Assembly (NCBI GenBank): GCA_965178125.1
Contig: OZ237737.1
Location: 434,001-498,000, forward strand
Length of the DNA stretch: 64,000 bases
Direction: 5' to 3'
From: Bilabrum cf. latius
Lineage: Eukaryota
Positions 1 through 11,353 of this stretch are shown piece after piece. The notes beneath the pieces were generated by a model. It had not been told where the DNA came from. It made no database searches and saw only the letters and a list, made by a program, of their open reading frames with translations. Each line of letters opens with the position of its first letter. Position 1 is the first letter of the stretch. Both the position numbers and the translations under genes were made by a program.

Positions 1-1498
1 TGACAGTTGGATCAGCTGGTCATCTCGCAAGCCAGATTCTGCACTGGCTGGAGCTTGTATGCTGCGCTTGCCGGCCTCTTGGTTGTGTGTCTCATTCCCT
101 TTTATGTCCCAAGCAATCTTCCGTGGCGCATCAAGTTCAATCAGACCTGGCTTCTTGGAGGCTGTGGAAACGCTGCTGTGATCCTCTTTCGTGTACAACT
201 TCGTTGGCCCTTCTTCTGCGTGCGAACAGAGGAAGCACGCGATTGAGCACTACATATGGAATATTTGAGATCGCTACCAGAGAAGGCCCGGTCAATCATC
301 ACGGAGCAAACAGCTCAACAACACTTGGAAAAGAACTCAACAAGCCAACTCGTCTAACCTGTCATACTACGACCTGCATGCCCACTGCATTTGGCTTCCG
401 TCGCCTTCTTGGCATACTGCGAAGCATTGAGCAGTCGAAAAGAGGCAGGAACTGACAGTTCAGGCTCCGGTGACACGACAACGCGACATCATGGTTGCGA
501 CGAGCACTGACATATTTGCGTGGCGTGGATGCCGTACGAATTGATATCGAGGAAGCCCCGCAACCCATGGTAATTGAATGGATGGAATACTTTACACCGG
601 GCCTACGAACTCGCTGCAGTAGTAGAGAGTTTGGCTTCAATTGATGGCGAAGTGTTGCCATCAGCAAGCAGTCGCATGCCACCGGCTTGGTCGCAAAAAG
701 AAGAGGGGGGGGAATCTGATATTTTGTGGACTCAACTCAAAAGCGCACGCTATCACGAAGAAACATCTGGAACGAGGGCCCGGGACCTACCAGACTTCAC
801 GCTTCAGCTGCAATGGCCTAAACCACCTAAGCTCCACCCTGGGGACCCATTTCCCCCTGGGGAGCGTCAGCGTTCACGTTCCCTCCGGCGCCCGCTGCCG
901 GCACCCCGTCCTGCTGCCCGTTCTGAGCCAACCCTGCCTTGACGTTGGCGATCGCCACGGCGAGGTTGTTGTTTTCGGCTGCCCCTACAGCCAGGCTGGC
1001 AAAGTCCTCCCGGACCGCCCTTGCGAGCGCCCGTTCGCAAAAAGAAGACTCTTCGGAATGTGGCGTGTACGTGTTAGGCACCGCCGGGCAGGCAGTTGCG
1101 CTGACGTAACTTGCCAAACACTAGAGCATCGAGCCGTATAGTGTCCCTAGCGCGACAGATTCCGGAATCATGATGGGATTACGGTAGCAACTGGTGAATA
1201 ATCAGATTGCGACCGTGATTGAGCGGGAACGTCACGGTAGGGTTCGTGTAGCGTGTCTGATTGGAGGAGTCTGGAGCAAGTGAGCCCATGAGCCGAACAC
1301 GTGCCTGTTCCAGACACTCACGGAGAGCAGCACGTCATGCCCTGACTGGCTCGTTTTGGCCACGATGGGAACTTTGCCCAAGCCCAGGATAAACCTATCC
1401 GAAGAAAGGTCTGGAAACCGCAAGGGCTTGCTGGCCCCCGCCTGCGTTGACCACGACATGTTCTGTTTGTCCCAGACCTGAACACCGTAGCAACTTTG

Positions 1499-4285
1499 TC
1501 ACGCGACTCGCCGCCGCTTGCCTATGACCGGTTCATTTTCTGTGTTGGCGCTATCCATTGCTGGCTGGTCACGAGTGCAGCCAGCCGCAACGGATGCACT
1601 CCCAGTGGTGGAGCTTGCTTGTCTGCTAGCGTTCTCGTAGCGCCCTTCTTGCCCCGCCCCAGTACCTTGTATTGGTGAGCGAGAATAACCAGCTACACCC
1701 GCCGTGTCACCTTGTGAATGCTCGCTGAAGAACCTCGCTGCCCCGGCCAGCGCCCTCTTTGGCTCACTTGCGACCCTTAGTGGTGCTGTGCGTGCTTCCG
1801 CTGGTGCGGCTGGTGATGCCATGGAGGTCTGCGACCCCCCTGCCCCCAACACCTCGATCAGCGCGCTGCGATAGGTCAGCTGCCCAGGCAACCACGCTTT
1901 ATCTGTTTGCTGTGACTCCGGCCAGCGGCTGCTGCTCGAGCTCATTTCGCGGCTCGAGTCGGCATTACTCGGCTAGCTCTCCGCCCCACCCGCCGCTTGT
2001 TTCGACACCAATACCGCCGTTGATGCTGATTCCAACCCTCCAGGTGCGCCCCCCAATTCCCCACTCCCGGCTGTTCGGTGCCCGACCAGACGTGATGAAA
2101 GCACCATGCACACGCTATGCACCTTCAGTCGGCCACACAGAAGCGCGGCAAGTCGTCCAGAAATGGGCTCGAACGCAGCAGTTGGATTCACGTGTGACCG
2201 CCAAAGGGCTTGCAGCGATGAAACATCAGTGGGGGCAACGTGAAACACGGCAGCAATGCCGTTGAGGCTTCCCCGCTGAGACATGATACCGGCAGCCCGC
2301 AACCCTGCCAGATCAATCCTGGGCGGCGGCTCACCGGCCCCTGGCGCATAGCTGGGAACCACGCTTCCGCACGCAGGCCGTGGAGTAGGCATCCGAATCG
2401 ACCGTGCCAGGGCAATGAGCTGCTACCGGACGCTCTCTGAGCACCCGTGCAGAGGTGGGTATCCTGTTGGCTGTCCTGTTCCAGCCAGATAGACCTGACC
2501 TACAGGGCTGGGGGGCAGCTGGTTGTGGCTGGCAGGGCTGGGGGGAGGCGGCGGCATCCTCTCGGAGGGGGATGAGTCCCGATTCTGCTGAGGGCTAGTC
2601 GCAACACTGCTTGACGGCTGTTCCTTGGCCTGTTCCCTGGCCTGTTCCCTGGGCGGGGATACCATGGCAGCGGACGAAGTCGATGTCTGCTGCAGCGGTG
2701 CCGTCCAGATGCTCCGCTCCCCGCATGGAGACTCCTCCGCAGACAGGGAACCGCAGGGAGAAAGCGCGAGCGAGGCGCTGTGAGCCGGACCAGCATCACC
2801 GTTGCTACTGGTTGTTGAGCTGGCAGAACGACTTGCAGAGCGGGGTAGTGCAGGAACAGCGACATACAGCCCGTCGGCGATGCGGCGCCGTGACCGGTTG
2901 CTTCGTATCACCTCCAGTTCGTGCATGGCGCAGGGCACGGTAGGCACAGCCAGTGCGTCCTCAAAATCAATCCCGGCGAGCTGCTCCGGATCCAGCCGCT
3001 CGCGTAGCACAGCCTGCATTACAGGGGGCACGCGCCTCTGCTTTGGATCGTCCTGTAGGAGCAAGACGGCGAGGCATTTGAGGACCGCCGGGTTGAAATT
3101 CCTGGTGGTGCTGCTTGAACTCTGGCTGCTGACACTGCTATTTATTCCGCCTAACGAGGCCACATGGGGTCTTTGCGTGCCAGATTCGCTGGTGCTGCTC
3201 GAGGAGGATAGGTCGGAAGCGCTTGCCAGGCTCGCTTCGGACAACCAGCCAGACCGTGACGTGGCTGGGGTGGCATCAACCGAGCAGGATAGGTCGTGAG
3301 CCACAGCCGCAGCCAGTATCGACATCATGGGCCATGAACAGACCGCACCATGTGTATGCGCCTCGGGCTGCAACTGCTCCTGATGCTCCCAGTCCATGGT
3401 CTAGTCCAACGACTTCGTCCCCACTGGCAAGGGTAGCTCCTCTGGCGACCCGGGAACGCCCGAGTGAATACCCTCCTTCGTTCTGAGAGCGGATGCTGTC
3501 GCAGCTGGGCTCTATGCAGTACCAATACTGTTCAATTTGTTGCTAGTAGTTGTCCTCCCTGCCAAACCCGTGGAACCACCTGTCGTTCGATCCCCACTGG
3601 CAGCTGCCACCTTCGGTGGCCGAGCGGAACGCGGTGGCTGCGAGCACCCTTGCGGCTGCGACTGTACTGGGACGCAGCTTGATGATACATTCTATGCCGT
3701 AGTTGGCGGGGATTCGCTAGAAACACCATGCAACGAAGTCCCTCGGAGGGAGCCGCCCAGCAAAAAACTCGAGCATGTGAACCACGCCCGATCCTCCCAA
3801 CACGGCCGTACTCCTCGAAGCCGTACTTGGAGTGCTCCGATCCAATTCACTGTATTGACCTAATACAGCTGCTACTGGGCAGATCGTGTCGGCAAGGGGT
3901 GCCCAGCGGAGGCTTGGAACAACTAGCATGCACTTGCCGGTCTACTGTCCGCAGCTGCTGCATCCTTCTGCAAAGATCCTGCACGCGTCCCATACAACTA
4001 GCCATAATGGAGAGTCATTTTCTCCACAAAAATCTTGTATAGCCTCTGCAACACTGCATTTGATGGCTCCGATGCACTGTTCTCAACTGCTGTCGATGAC
4101 CGTGCTATCTGGGGATGCGCAGACTCCAGACCTGTTGCGTTGCCGACTTGCGCATTCCCACTACTAACTACATACAATTCAGTTGCCACGCTTATTGATG
4201 GAGCCATCAAGTTGGCTTGTTGCTGTCGTACAGGCGAATCATCGCATGTATCGGCAGTTGCAGTGGATGAACGATACACTTGCAT
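1499..4285 (-). CDS. Hypothetical low-complexity protein (~928 aa when TAG is read as sense)
   Basis: ORF-track pieces 3998-4294, 2423-3397, 1973-2392 and 1499-1945 share one frame and are separated only by TAG. Upstream in-frame TAA at 4298-4300, first ATG at 4285 (alternative ATG near 4207), stop TGA at 1499. No recognisable domain. Basic C-terminal KRRR. Confidence 0.6.
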
Positions 4286-4867
4286 CCGCTGCACGGATTA
4301 CCGCGCTTTTCTGCGGGACAAGATGGCATAATACACATATATATATATTCTGCTAGATACACGTGGCAGGTGAAGCGAAATAGAACCCCGCTCGATGGGA
4401 GGCGTTGGGAGTTGCTCTTGCGTTCTTGGCGACCGCAATGCTTCCAAGGAGAGCATCATGCAGGAATAACACGCTCAAACACAATCGTGCATATGCATAT
4501 AATCGAGCAGCGCAATCATCCAGTTTGTATGGCCCGGTTTGACAGTAATCAAAGCCCAAGAACAGCATAGTACAGGCTGCAAAGATCGTCCCCACTACAT
4601 CCTCAATATCACCCGATTGTCCGATTTGGCCAATCTCACGATTATGTATGGAATAAATTATATAGGGAGAAACCAGGGCACTTAGCTTCCCCAGCAGACC
4701 CGGTTCGTCCAGCGGTGCAGTGGTCTTTCCGTCAGATGATCTACCACCGCGCCTCGCACCTCCAGTGAGATCATGATGGACAATCATCACACCACAGTAC
4801 GGATTGCAACTTGGGTAGTGACAGGAATAATGCTTAACATGTATTTTGCGTCTGTCGCACCGGTGCA

Positions 4868-7207
4868 TCACTTCGCGTCGTTGTCCCCTGCACCTGCATC
4901 AGGCGGTACGCCACCCGCGGACCTCCGGCCCTCGGGAGGCACCTCGTTACGGTGCATGGAGCTCATCTGAGAAGCAAGGGCCAACCGGAGAGCCTCTTCC
5001 GCGTACGCTGCCTGGTATATCCCGTAGTGCAGCCCAGCGCGCGCGCCCCATCCACTGGCGTAGTCGACGCCTCTCTGCAGAGCGCTCTCCGCCCGCACCG
5101 CGTCTCGCACAAGCGAGTCCATCTGCCCAGCTTCCAAGGACATTGCAGTCTCCCGCTCCGAAGCATCCGCCGAAGCCATCACGTCCTTGAATCCGGGCTC
5201 CTCCAGCCACGACAGAGACTTCCCCTCTATCCTGCCCGTCTGCCTCATGCCCTCCAGCATCACCTGAGACCGACCGGCAGCAGCCACGCCAGCCGATACC
5301 GCCACTGGGAGCGTCCTCGTCAACCGGGGAACGAGATACAGGGCGAGAGATGCGTGCAGTCGACGTGCCATGATGGGCCCGACCGCCTGTGCGATCGCCT
5401 GCGGCAGCCCAAGTCCTCGCACCGGCTGAGACATGCCCTCGCGGCTGCGTGACACGCCGGGAGGCTGCGGCTGATCCTTGCCCTCCCCGCTGCTACCCTT
5501 GCCTTTGTCGTTTTCCTGGGACGCGGCACTGTTGCCGTCGCCAGGTTGTGCTTCCCTCGCATACTGGGTATCGACCCTGGGTAACGGCGCCTCTAGGCCG
5601 TCGGCCTCGCGCGCGACCCAGGGCCTACTGTCCGCTAGCCCGCGCCACCCTGGGCGCGCCGAATCCGAGCCGTACGGTAACCAGAGCCAAGGGGCCTTCA
5701 GCGAAGCGTTACCCTGCCTCTGACTCAGTAGAGCGGCATCCGATGCCCCTGCCAGCGAAGCTTGCAGCACGCCAGCACCGGGCTCTTCCTTCGCTCCTTG
5801 CTCACCATCCACCCCCGAGGACACATCGGCCCGGAGCCCCTAACTACCAAGCTCTAGAAAAGAATTCGACTTGCTGCTGCCTCCTTCCCCTCCTCCCCCC
5901 CCTGCACCGCCACCAGAGCCCGATTCCCCCCCCGCCGACGACTACGAGGAGACAGACGGCAGGTCGGCCGGGACCGACGCGACGCCCTGCCGCGCGGCGC
6001 CGAAGTTCCGCATGGCATCCGCTGCCTGTGCCCTGGCACGATCGGCAGAGCCAAGCGTGGCTCCATCTGACCCCGGGACGTACCCCCCCGCTTGCGGAAC
6101 CTCCGTCGCGGCGCCCCAAGCAGCAGCGCCTGGACCGTCCCAGGCCCGCCACGCCGCCTTGCGTCCCCCGACGGCGCCCCCGCTGAGGGGACCCAAGACC
6201 TGCCCCTGCTCCTGCCTCGCCCAGCCCTCCACCCAACGACCCCTCGAGGCGTCGGCGCCGCGGAAACGGCCCGCGAGGCGCCGCGCAATCGACGGAACCA
6301 GGTTGTTCATCACGACACGCTGCACTTTGGCGAAGGCGGCATCAGCGAGCGGCTGCGGGAGCGACTGCAGCAGGTTTGCGGCAATTCCGTCCGTGAGGAT
6401 CGTCGTTAAATTCGCTGTCAAACCAGCCTCGAGGCACTTGACCACGTCGTGAGGCCCCGCGGCGTTCGCCTGCTCCTCGAGTGTCATGCCAGTGGTCTCC
6501 TTCATTTCGCCCCCGACCCCGACCATGGCCTGATCCGTCATGGGCTTCATCGCAGCTTCTCCAATGGGCGTGATGATCTAATCTGCGCCGGGTAGCAGAG
6601 CCTTGGTGCCGCTTGCAATGCCTTCGAGAGACTGCGCTAGTGCTCGCATGCGGGTTCGGGCTCGGGCTCGGGCCCTTGCTTGCGCTGATGCAATGAGGTG
6701 CGACTGCACCTGCATTTCTCCAGACGTTTGCAAGAGCTCTGCCGCAGAAGCGGCCCCTTTGATTTCGTCTTGGTCTAATGAGCTTGCATAGTCTTCTTGC
6801 TCGGCCCGGTCCAAATGGTAGATGGCTCTTCTAGCGTGAATCGTGGCCTCATGCAGGGCAACATCACTGGGATTGTCCTCGCAGCCATGATGGTGCAGGC
6901 TGTTTGCCGAGGAATGAGGGTGATCGCAGATTGGGCGATCGAGTTCAATCTCTGCAACAACAAGGCTTCCCCGTCCAGAGACATCAATTGGCGCGCCTCC
7001 TCTCCCTATGGCACCTACATATTCATTACTGCAATCCAGTTTGCCTGTCTGTCCATACGTACATGTTGCTGGCACAGCTATCGCGTTTGGATGAGTACCA
7101 CTGCGTTTCGCAACACTCGTGCTGTGAAGCCGGAAGGCAGACTGCCTCGCCCGCAGTCCACGACACGGAGTCAATACAATCAGCAAAGATACTATCACTA
7201 TCAGCAT
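4868..7207 (-). CDS. Secreted helical protein of unknown function, paralog A (~779 aa)
   Basis: Signal peptide MLIVIVSLLIVLTPCRG. Pieces 6578-7207, 5942-6550 and 4868-5824 are in one frame joined through TAG (6578, 5942, 5840) and end at TGA 4868. Visible similarity to the divergent neighbour. Confidence 0.75.
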
Positions 7208-7363
7208 ATTCGAGGCATTCTTTGGGGACGATTGTGCGCTTTATACAACGACGAGATTCAGAAGAGTGCACTGCACCCGTGCTGGCTATCGAAAGTGAAA
7301 CGTTCAGACTCCCCCACAGCCGTATATTCTCGGTTCAAGGCTAGTGTATGCCCTTATATTATC

Positions 7364-9616
7364 ATGTAGTATCTTCAGTTTCTTGCACTTTGGTGCAGCG
7401 TGTTTGAATCGGTCGCGCAAGCATCAACCGCGCAAGTGGCGGCTGAGCTACATTCGATTGCAATTCAGCACGAGCATGATGCACGCTGGGGGCACGTATC
7501 AGAGCTGGCTGCGAGTGAATCACATGTGACATCTCATTTTCGGACGGGCTTTGGTCACACTTCGTTGGAGGGAAGCTGGAATGCTAGCCAAGCTGGAGCT
7601 GTGTACGCAGTTCGGTTGTGGTCGGGTATACCAACTAATTCTGAGCTCGCTAGGCCCATGCTGTTTTGCAAGCATAGTAGTCGAGGCAGGGAGCTGCGGG
7701 GTAGCTCGGGGCTGATATGGGCTGCGGTGCGCCTGTAGTGTGGGTCAGAATAGAATGCCTCCCTTATTCGTACCACTGGGATCGACCACGTCAGCGATTG
7801 GCTGCAGTACCTGCCAGAAGGGTCCAGAGCTGCATTGAAGGAGCACGAGTAGCAAAGCTCGTACATTGAGGCGGTGCAGCGCGCCGTGCTCCGCGGATAC
7901 GAGCACCTGGGCCTGTGGCCAGCAGCAGGCACCCGTGATGATGATGACGATGATGATAATGATGATGATGATGATGATGATGGTGAGCAGCCCGACCAAG
8001 GGACCCCCGCCACCAGGCGATTCTGCGAATCGCGAGGCAGCGGCGCCCACATGGACATGGCAGTTGGGCTCGGCGTGCCAGAGCACGAGGATTTCAGCGG
8101 CTGCAACCTGCGCTGGGGATCAGACAGTGCCAGGCTGCAGCTGAGGCCACGGGTGCATTTACGCGATGATGATGCCAGCTCAAAGGACCAAGAAACCACC
8201 GAGTCTGCACATGCAAGTGCAGCGAACAACCCAAGCCATGCGTCGAGCCATGATGCAGATGCAGCACATTCGAGCCCCAGCACCACAGCTAGCATTCCCA
8301 ATCCACCTAGGTAGTTCCGGGAGGTGGCAGCTGCAAGCTGGGTTCTCCCCATGGCATTCATCTAGACCGAGGAGGAAGATGCAGATGCACCGCCGGTAGT
8401 AAACGATCCGTCGGTGCACCCAGCAGGTATCCACAATCGCGGGCGCCGCGAACACAGGCCGAGTCGCAGGCTCGCAGCTGCGCCAGCCGGCCACATGCAC
8501 GGAGTCAGGCTCGCCTCTTTGCTTCAAACACACGCGCAGACCCGCACCCTCAGCCGTGCAGTCCCACTTCTAGACATGATCCTCAAGCCGGTCATCTCCG
8601 AAGCGATGAACACCATCATCAACCCGGTGGTGAACATGCTGGCGCCCTCGGCAGGAGAGGACCTGCAGGAACTCTCGCAGGAACTCATCGGGGAACAAGC
8701 ACCGGGAGACATCGCGGAGATGGTGTCCAAAGTGGCAGCACCCGCCATCAACAACGTGGCATCCGACACCATTGCAGGCGAGCTCCTCCGCACTGTCCCC
8801 GTCAGCCTGGCGCGAGAGCTGGGCACCGAGCTCTCCACGCAGATCCCAGCCATGGCAGGGGCGTCCCTCGCGGCTCGGATCGCAGAGCAGATCGAGGCGT
8901 CGGTCCCAGCGGCAGCAGGCCGACGCATTGCCGAGGCAGTTTCCGCCGTGGCACTGCCCAGGCTGGTGCGCTCGGTCTCTCTGGGCACGTCGACCTCGCT
9001 AGTGCCCGCGCTGGCGCGCGCGACACTGCCCAGCATCCACACGCCCAACCTCACCCCCGACCAAGACACGCTCGCGAAGCGTTGCGCTGCTTGCACCCGC
9101 GCGGCCGTGATGTCTGGTGCCGCTTCCACGGGTGGCACGGGCGGCCCCGGCGGCACCACTGAGCTCTCCAAAGAGGCACTGTAGAACTGCAGGGCGTGCG
9201 CTGCCATGTCCAGTGGCAGCCCCATGGATGCGCCTGTGCCGTTTCAGGAAGCGGACTTGAGCGAATCAAACGGCGAGAAAGGGTCCGACAAGGGCTCATC
9301 TGGTAAAGGCAATGGAAAGGGCGGCGAAGAAGGCGAGGAGACGGCTAGTTTGGACGACACCCCTTGGGGTGCCGACCCACACGACGCGACGGCTCAGGTG
9401 GCCTTTCACTACGCAGCATGGTATGCTGAATACTACTCCAAATACTATGCACAGGCCGCCGAGATAGAGGCGGAGAAACAGGCCCTTGTGGACCTACGAG
9501 AGCGGCGGCTGGAGGCCTACAGGGCGCAGGTAGCGAAGCGGCAGTGGCTCGAGGCGGGCGTCGTAAAGGATGACGAGCCCAGAGGAGACAACAAGAAGGA
9601 GGGGGGCAAAGAGTGA
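7364..9616 (+). CDS. Secreted helical protein of unknown function, paralog B (~750 aa)
   Basis: ATG 7364 followed directly by TAG gives a signal-peptide-like M*YLQFLALWCSVFESVAQA. Pieces 7400-7738, 7874-8314, 8414-9184 and 9206-9616 share a frame, are interrupted only by TAG and end at TGA 9614-9616. Contains poly-Asp and a Tyr-rich HYAAWYAEYYSKYY motif. Confidence 0.75.
7937..7981 (+). repeat. (GAT)n-type trinucleotide repeat encoding poly-Asp
   Basis: About 15 GAT/GAC/AAT triplets within the paralog B frame. Confidence 0.85.
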
Positions 9617-9691
9617 TGCGACTGCAACCAAACAGACAGCAGGGAGCGATCTAAAGAGAAAATGCGATTGTACCACGCCCATCTGATCTAG

Positions 9692-11163
9692 TCAGCGGGG
9701 CTACCCACGTCCAAGCTGCGGTCTCCCTGGCATCTACGGAAGCATATCATGAGAGCCCCCCGCTGCAGCGGAGGAACTGCTGCTGCTGCTACCACTATTA
9801 CTTCGTATGCCAGAACTGGCTCCACTATTACCCATTCCCTTCGCCTGGGCATCCTCTGCCTCCTCCGCTGCTTCGATGAGGCTCTGCATGTGCATGGCCC
9901 CATCCACACCCTCTGTCGGAGGCTCCACCCCCGCGTCCTGCATGGCGTGAAGTGCCACTGCACTGCCTGCTTCTTTGGCTCGCTGCATGGTTTGGTGCAC
10001 GTCAGGTATTCCGAAACCCCCGTCTTCTGCGGGGAATGCCAGAGGATCCATGTCGAGGGCGTCCCTGGGCATCACGTCCCCCGACGACCTCGTCTTGCTC
10101 TGGATGGGAGCGGGGTACGTGCTGTTCCCTGGTCCGCCTGCTTGGCTCGATGCTGCTGAGCCTGCTCCAGCGCCCGATGCTATGCCGCGACTACCGCCGC
10201 TGCGACTCGTCGGGCCGTGAGTTGGGCCAACAGCCGGTGCGGCAACCGCCACGTTCACGCGAAGCAGGCCGGCGCTGAACGACTTCAGTGGGATCCGCCG
10301 CGCCGAGCTGGAGTCTCCCGTGGCCTGCGCGGCGGCACTGATGCCTCCGCCGTGTGACGAGTGCGTGAGGACGGCCTGCGGGTCGGATGGATCCACGAGG
10401 GCCCAGGGGGCGTCGTGGCCTCCTCCCGGTGCGAGGCCGAGGGGCTGCTTGCCGGCGCTCGCCGCGACATCGCTGAAGGTGTCCGCGGAGGATGTTGCTG
10501 CGGCTGCCGAGCCCCTTGAACTGTTCCCTTTTGCTTGGCTTGATTTGCTCGACATTTGGGATGCTCGCGCGGCGGTAGTTGCTGCCTCGCCAGCGACAGC
10601 TGCTCGAGTGTCGGGGTGCTCCCTCTTGGCCCGTAGCAACAAGTCAAACGAAACCAGGGGCTTGAAGGTGGGTAAAATAGAATCTGTCTGGCATATCCGG
10701 ACGAGCGTTGCCTGCTACATGGCATTCAGCTCAAGCAAGGTGGCTGCAGCACGACCCTCCTACGTACCCAGCCAAAACTCGAAGTCGAATTGCTCAGCTG
10801 CTGTTCCGTCTTCAGCAAGCAGAACTACGGACATACAATCAACTGCTCCCGACAACAGCAAAGGCTTGGCTCGAGCGACGGTGTCGTGGATCTGCCTGTT
10901 CATCTGCGCATGGCGCCCCATCCACACCGACATTCCATATGCTCGCCGCCGCTCAAACAGATCTTCCGGGTAGACCTGCCTGGAAAAAAGTACTTGGTGA
11001 ATGGCTACTTCTAAGAACTGTGTGTACACATCGACCGAAACTGCGCAAATACACGGGAGAAAGGGCAGGGCAGATGCTTTGGCGTGTTCGAATACGAGCA
11101 CATCGCTTGTGCAACCCTCATGACCACACCTTCCAGCTCAGTCCTTGCACTCTCCCGATCCAT
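9692..11163 (-). CDS. MAD2L2: REV7/MAD2L2 HORMA-domain protein with low-complexity insert and C-terminal extension (~460 aa)
   Basis: Exon 1 is 11163-11130 (MDRESARTELE), GT-AG intron 11129-11041, exon 2 is 11040-9692. Motifs FLEVAIHQVLFSRQVYPEDLFERRR, APWALVD and IPLKSF match REV7. In-frame TAG at 10760, 10715, 9734 and 9701; stop TGA at 9692. Confidence 0.85.
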
Positions 11164-11353
11164 GGTATATCAATATTTCATTAGGGAAGACTAAATACCT
11201 TTTGGGTGTGGTTCAAGCACGTGAGAGCGGAACCTTTACAGAATCCGGAGCTGCAGTATCGTGGCGTTGTTGTGATGCCCACAGTGCATCGATAGCATGG
11301 AGAAACCCACCAAACCAGATGGATCTGGTCGAACCTAGCTATCAAGCACGGGT

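Noticed and set aside
1-1460. Possible small genes at the window start (e.g. minus-strand frame 1171-797 through TAG, and 1232-1459)
   Set aside because: Short, with no recognisable homology, and I could not build a consistent exon model. Left uncalled.
4353-4871. 172-aa minus-strand ORF
   Set aside because: It overlaps the stop of paralog A, is AT-richer, has no motif and would run into the next gene if TAG is sense. Probably UTR or intergenic.
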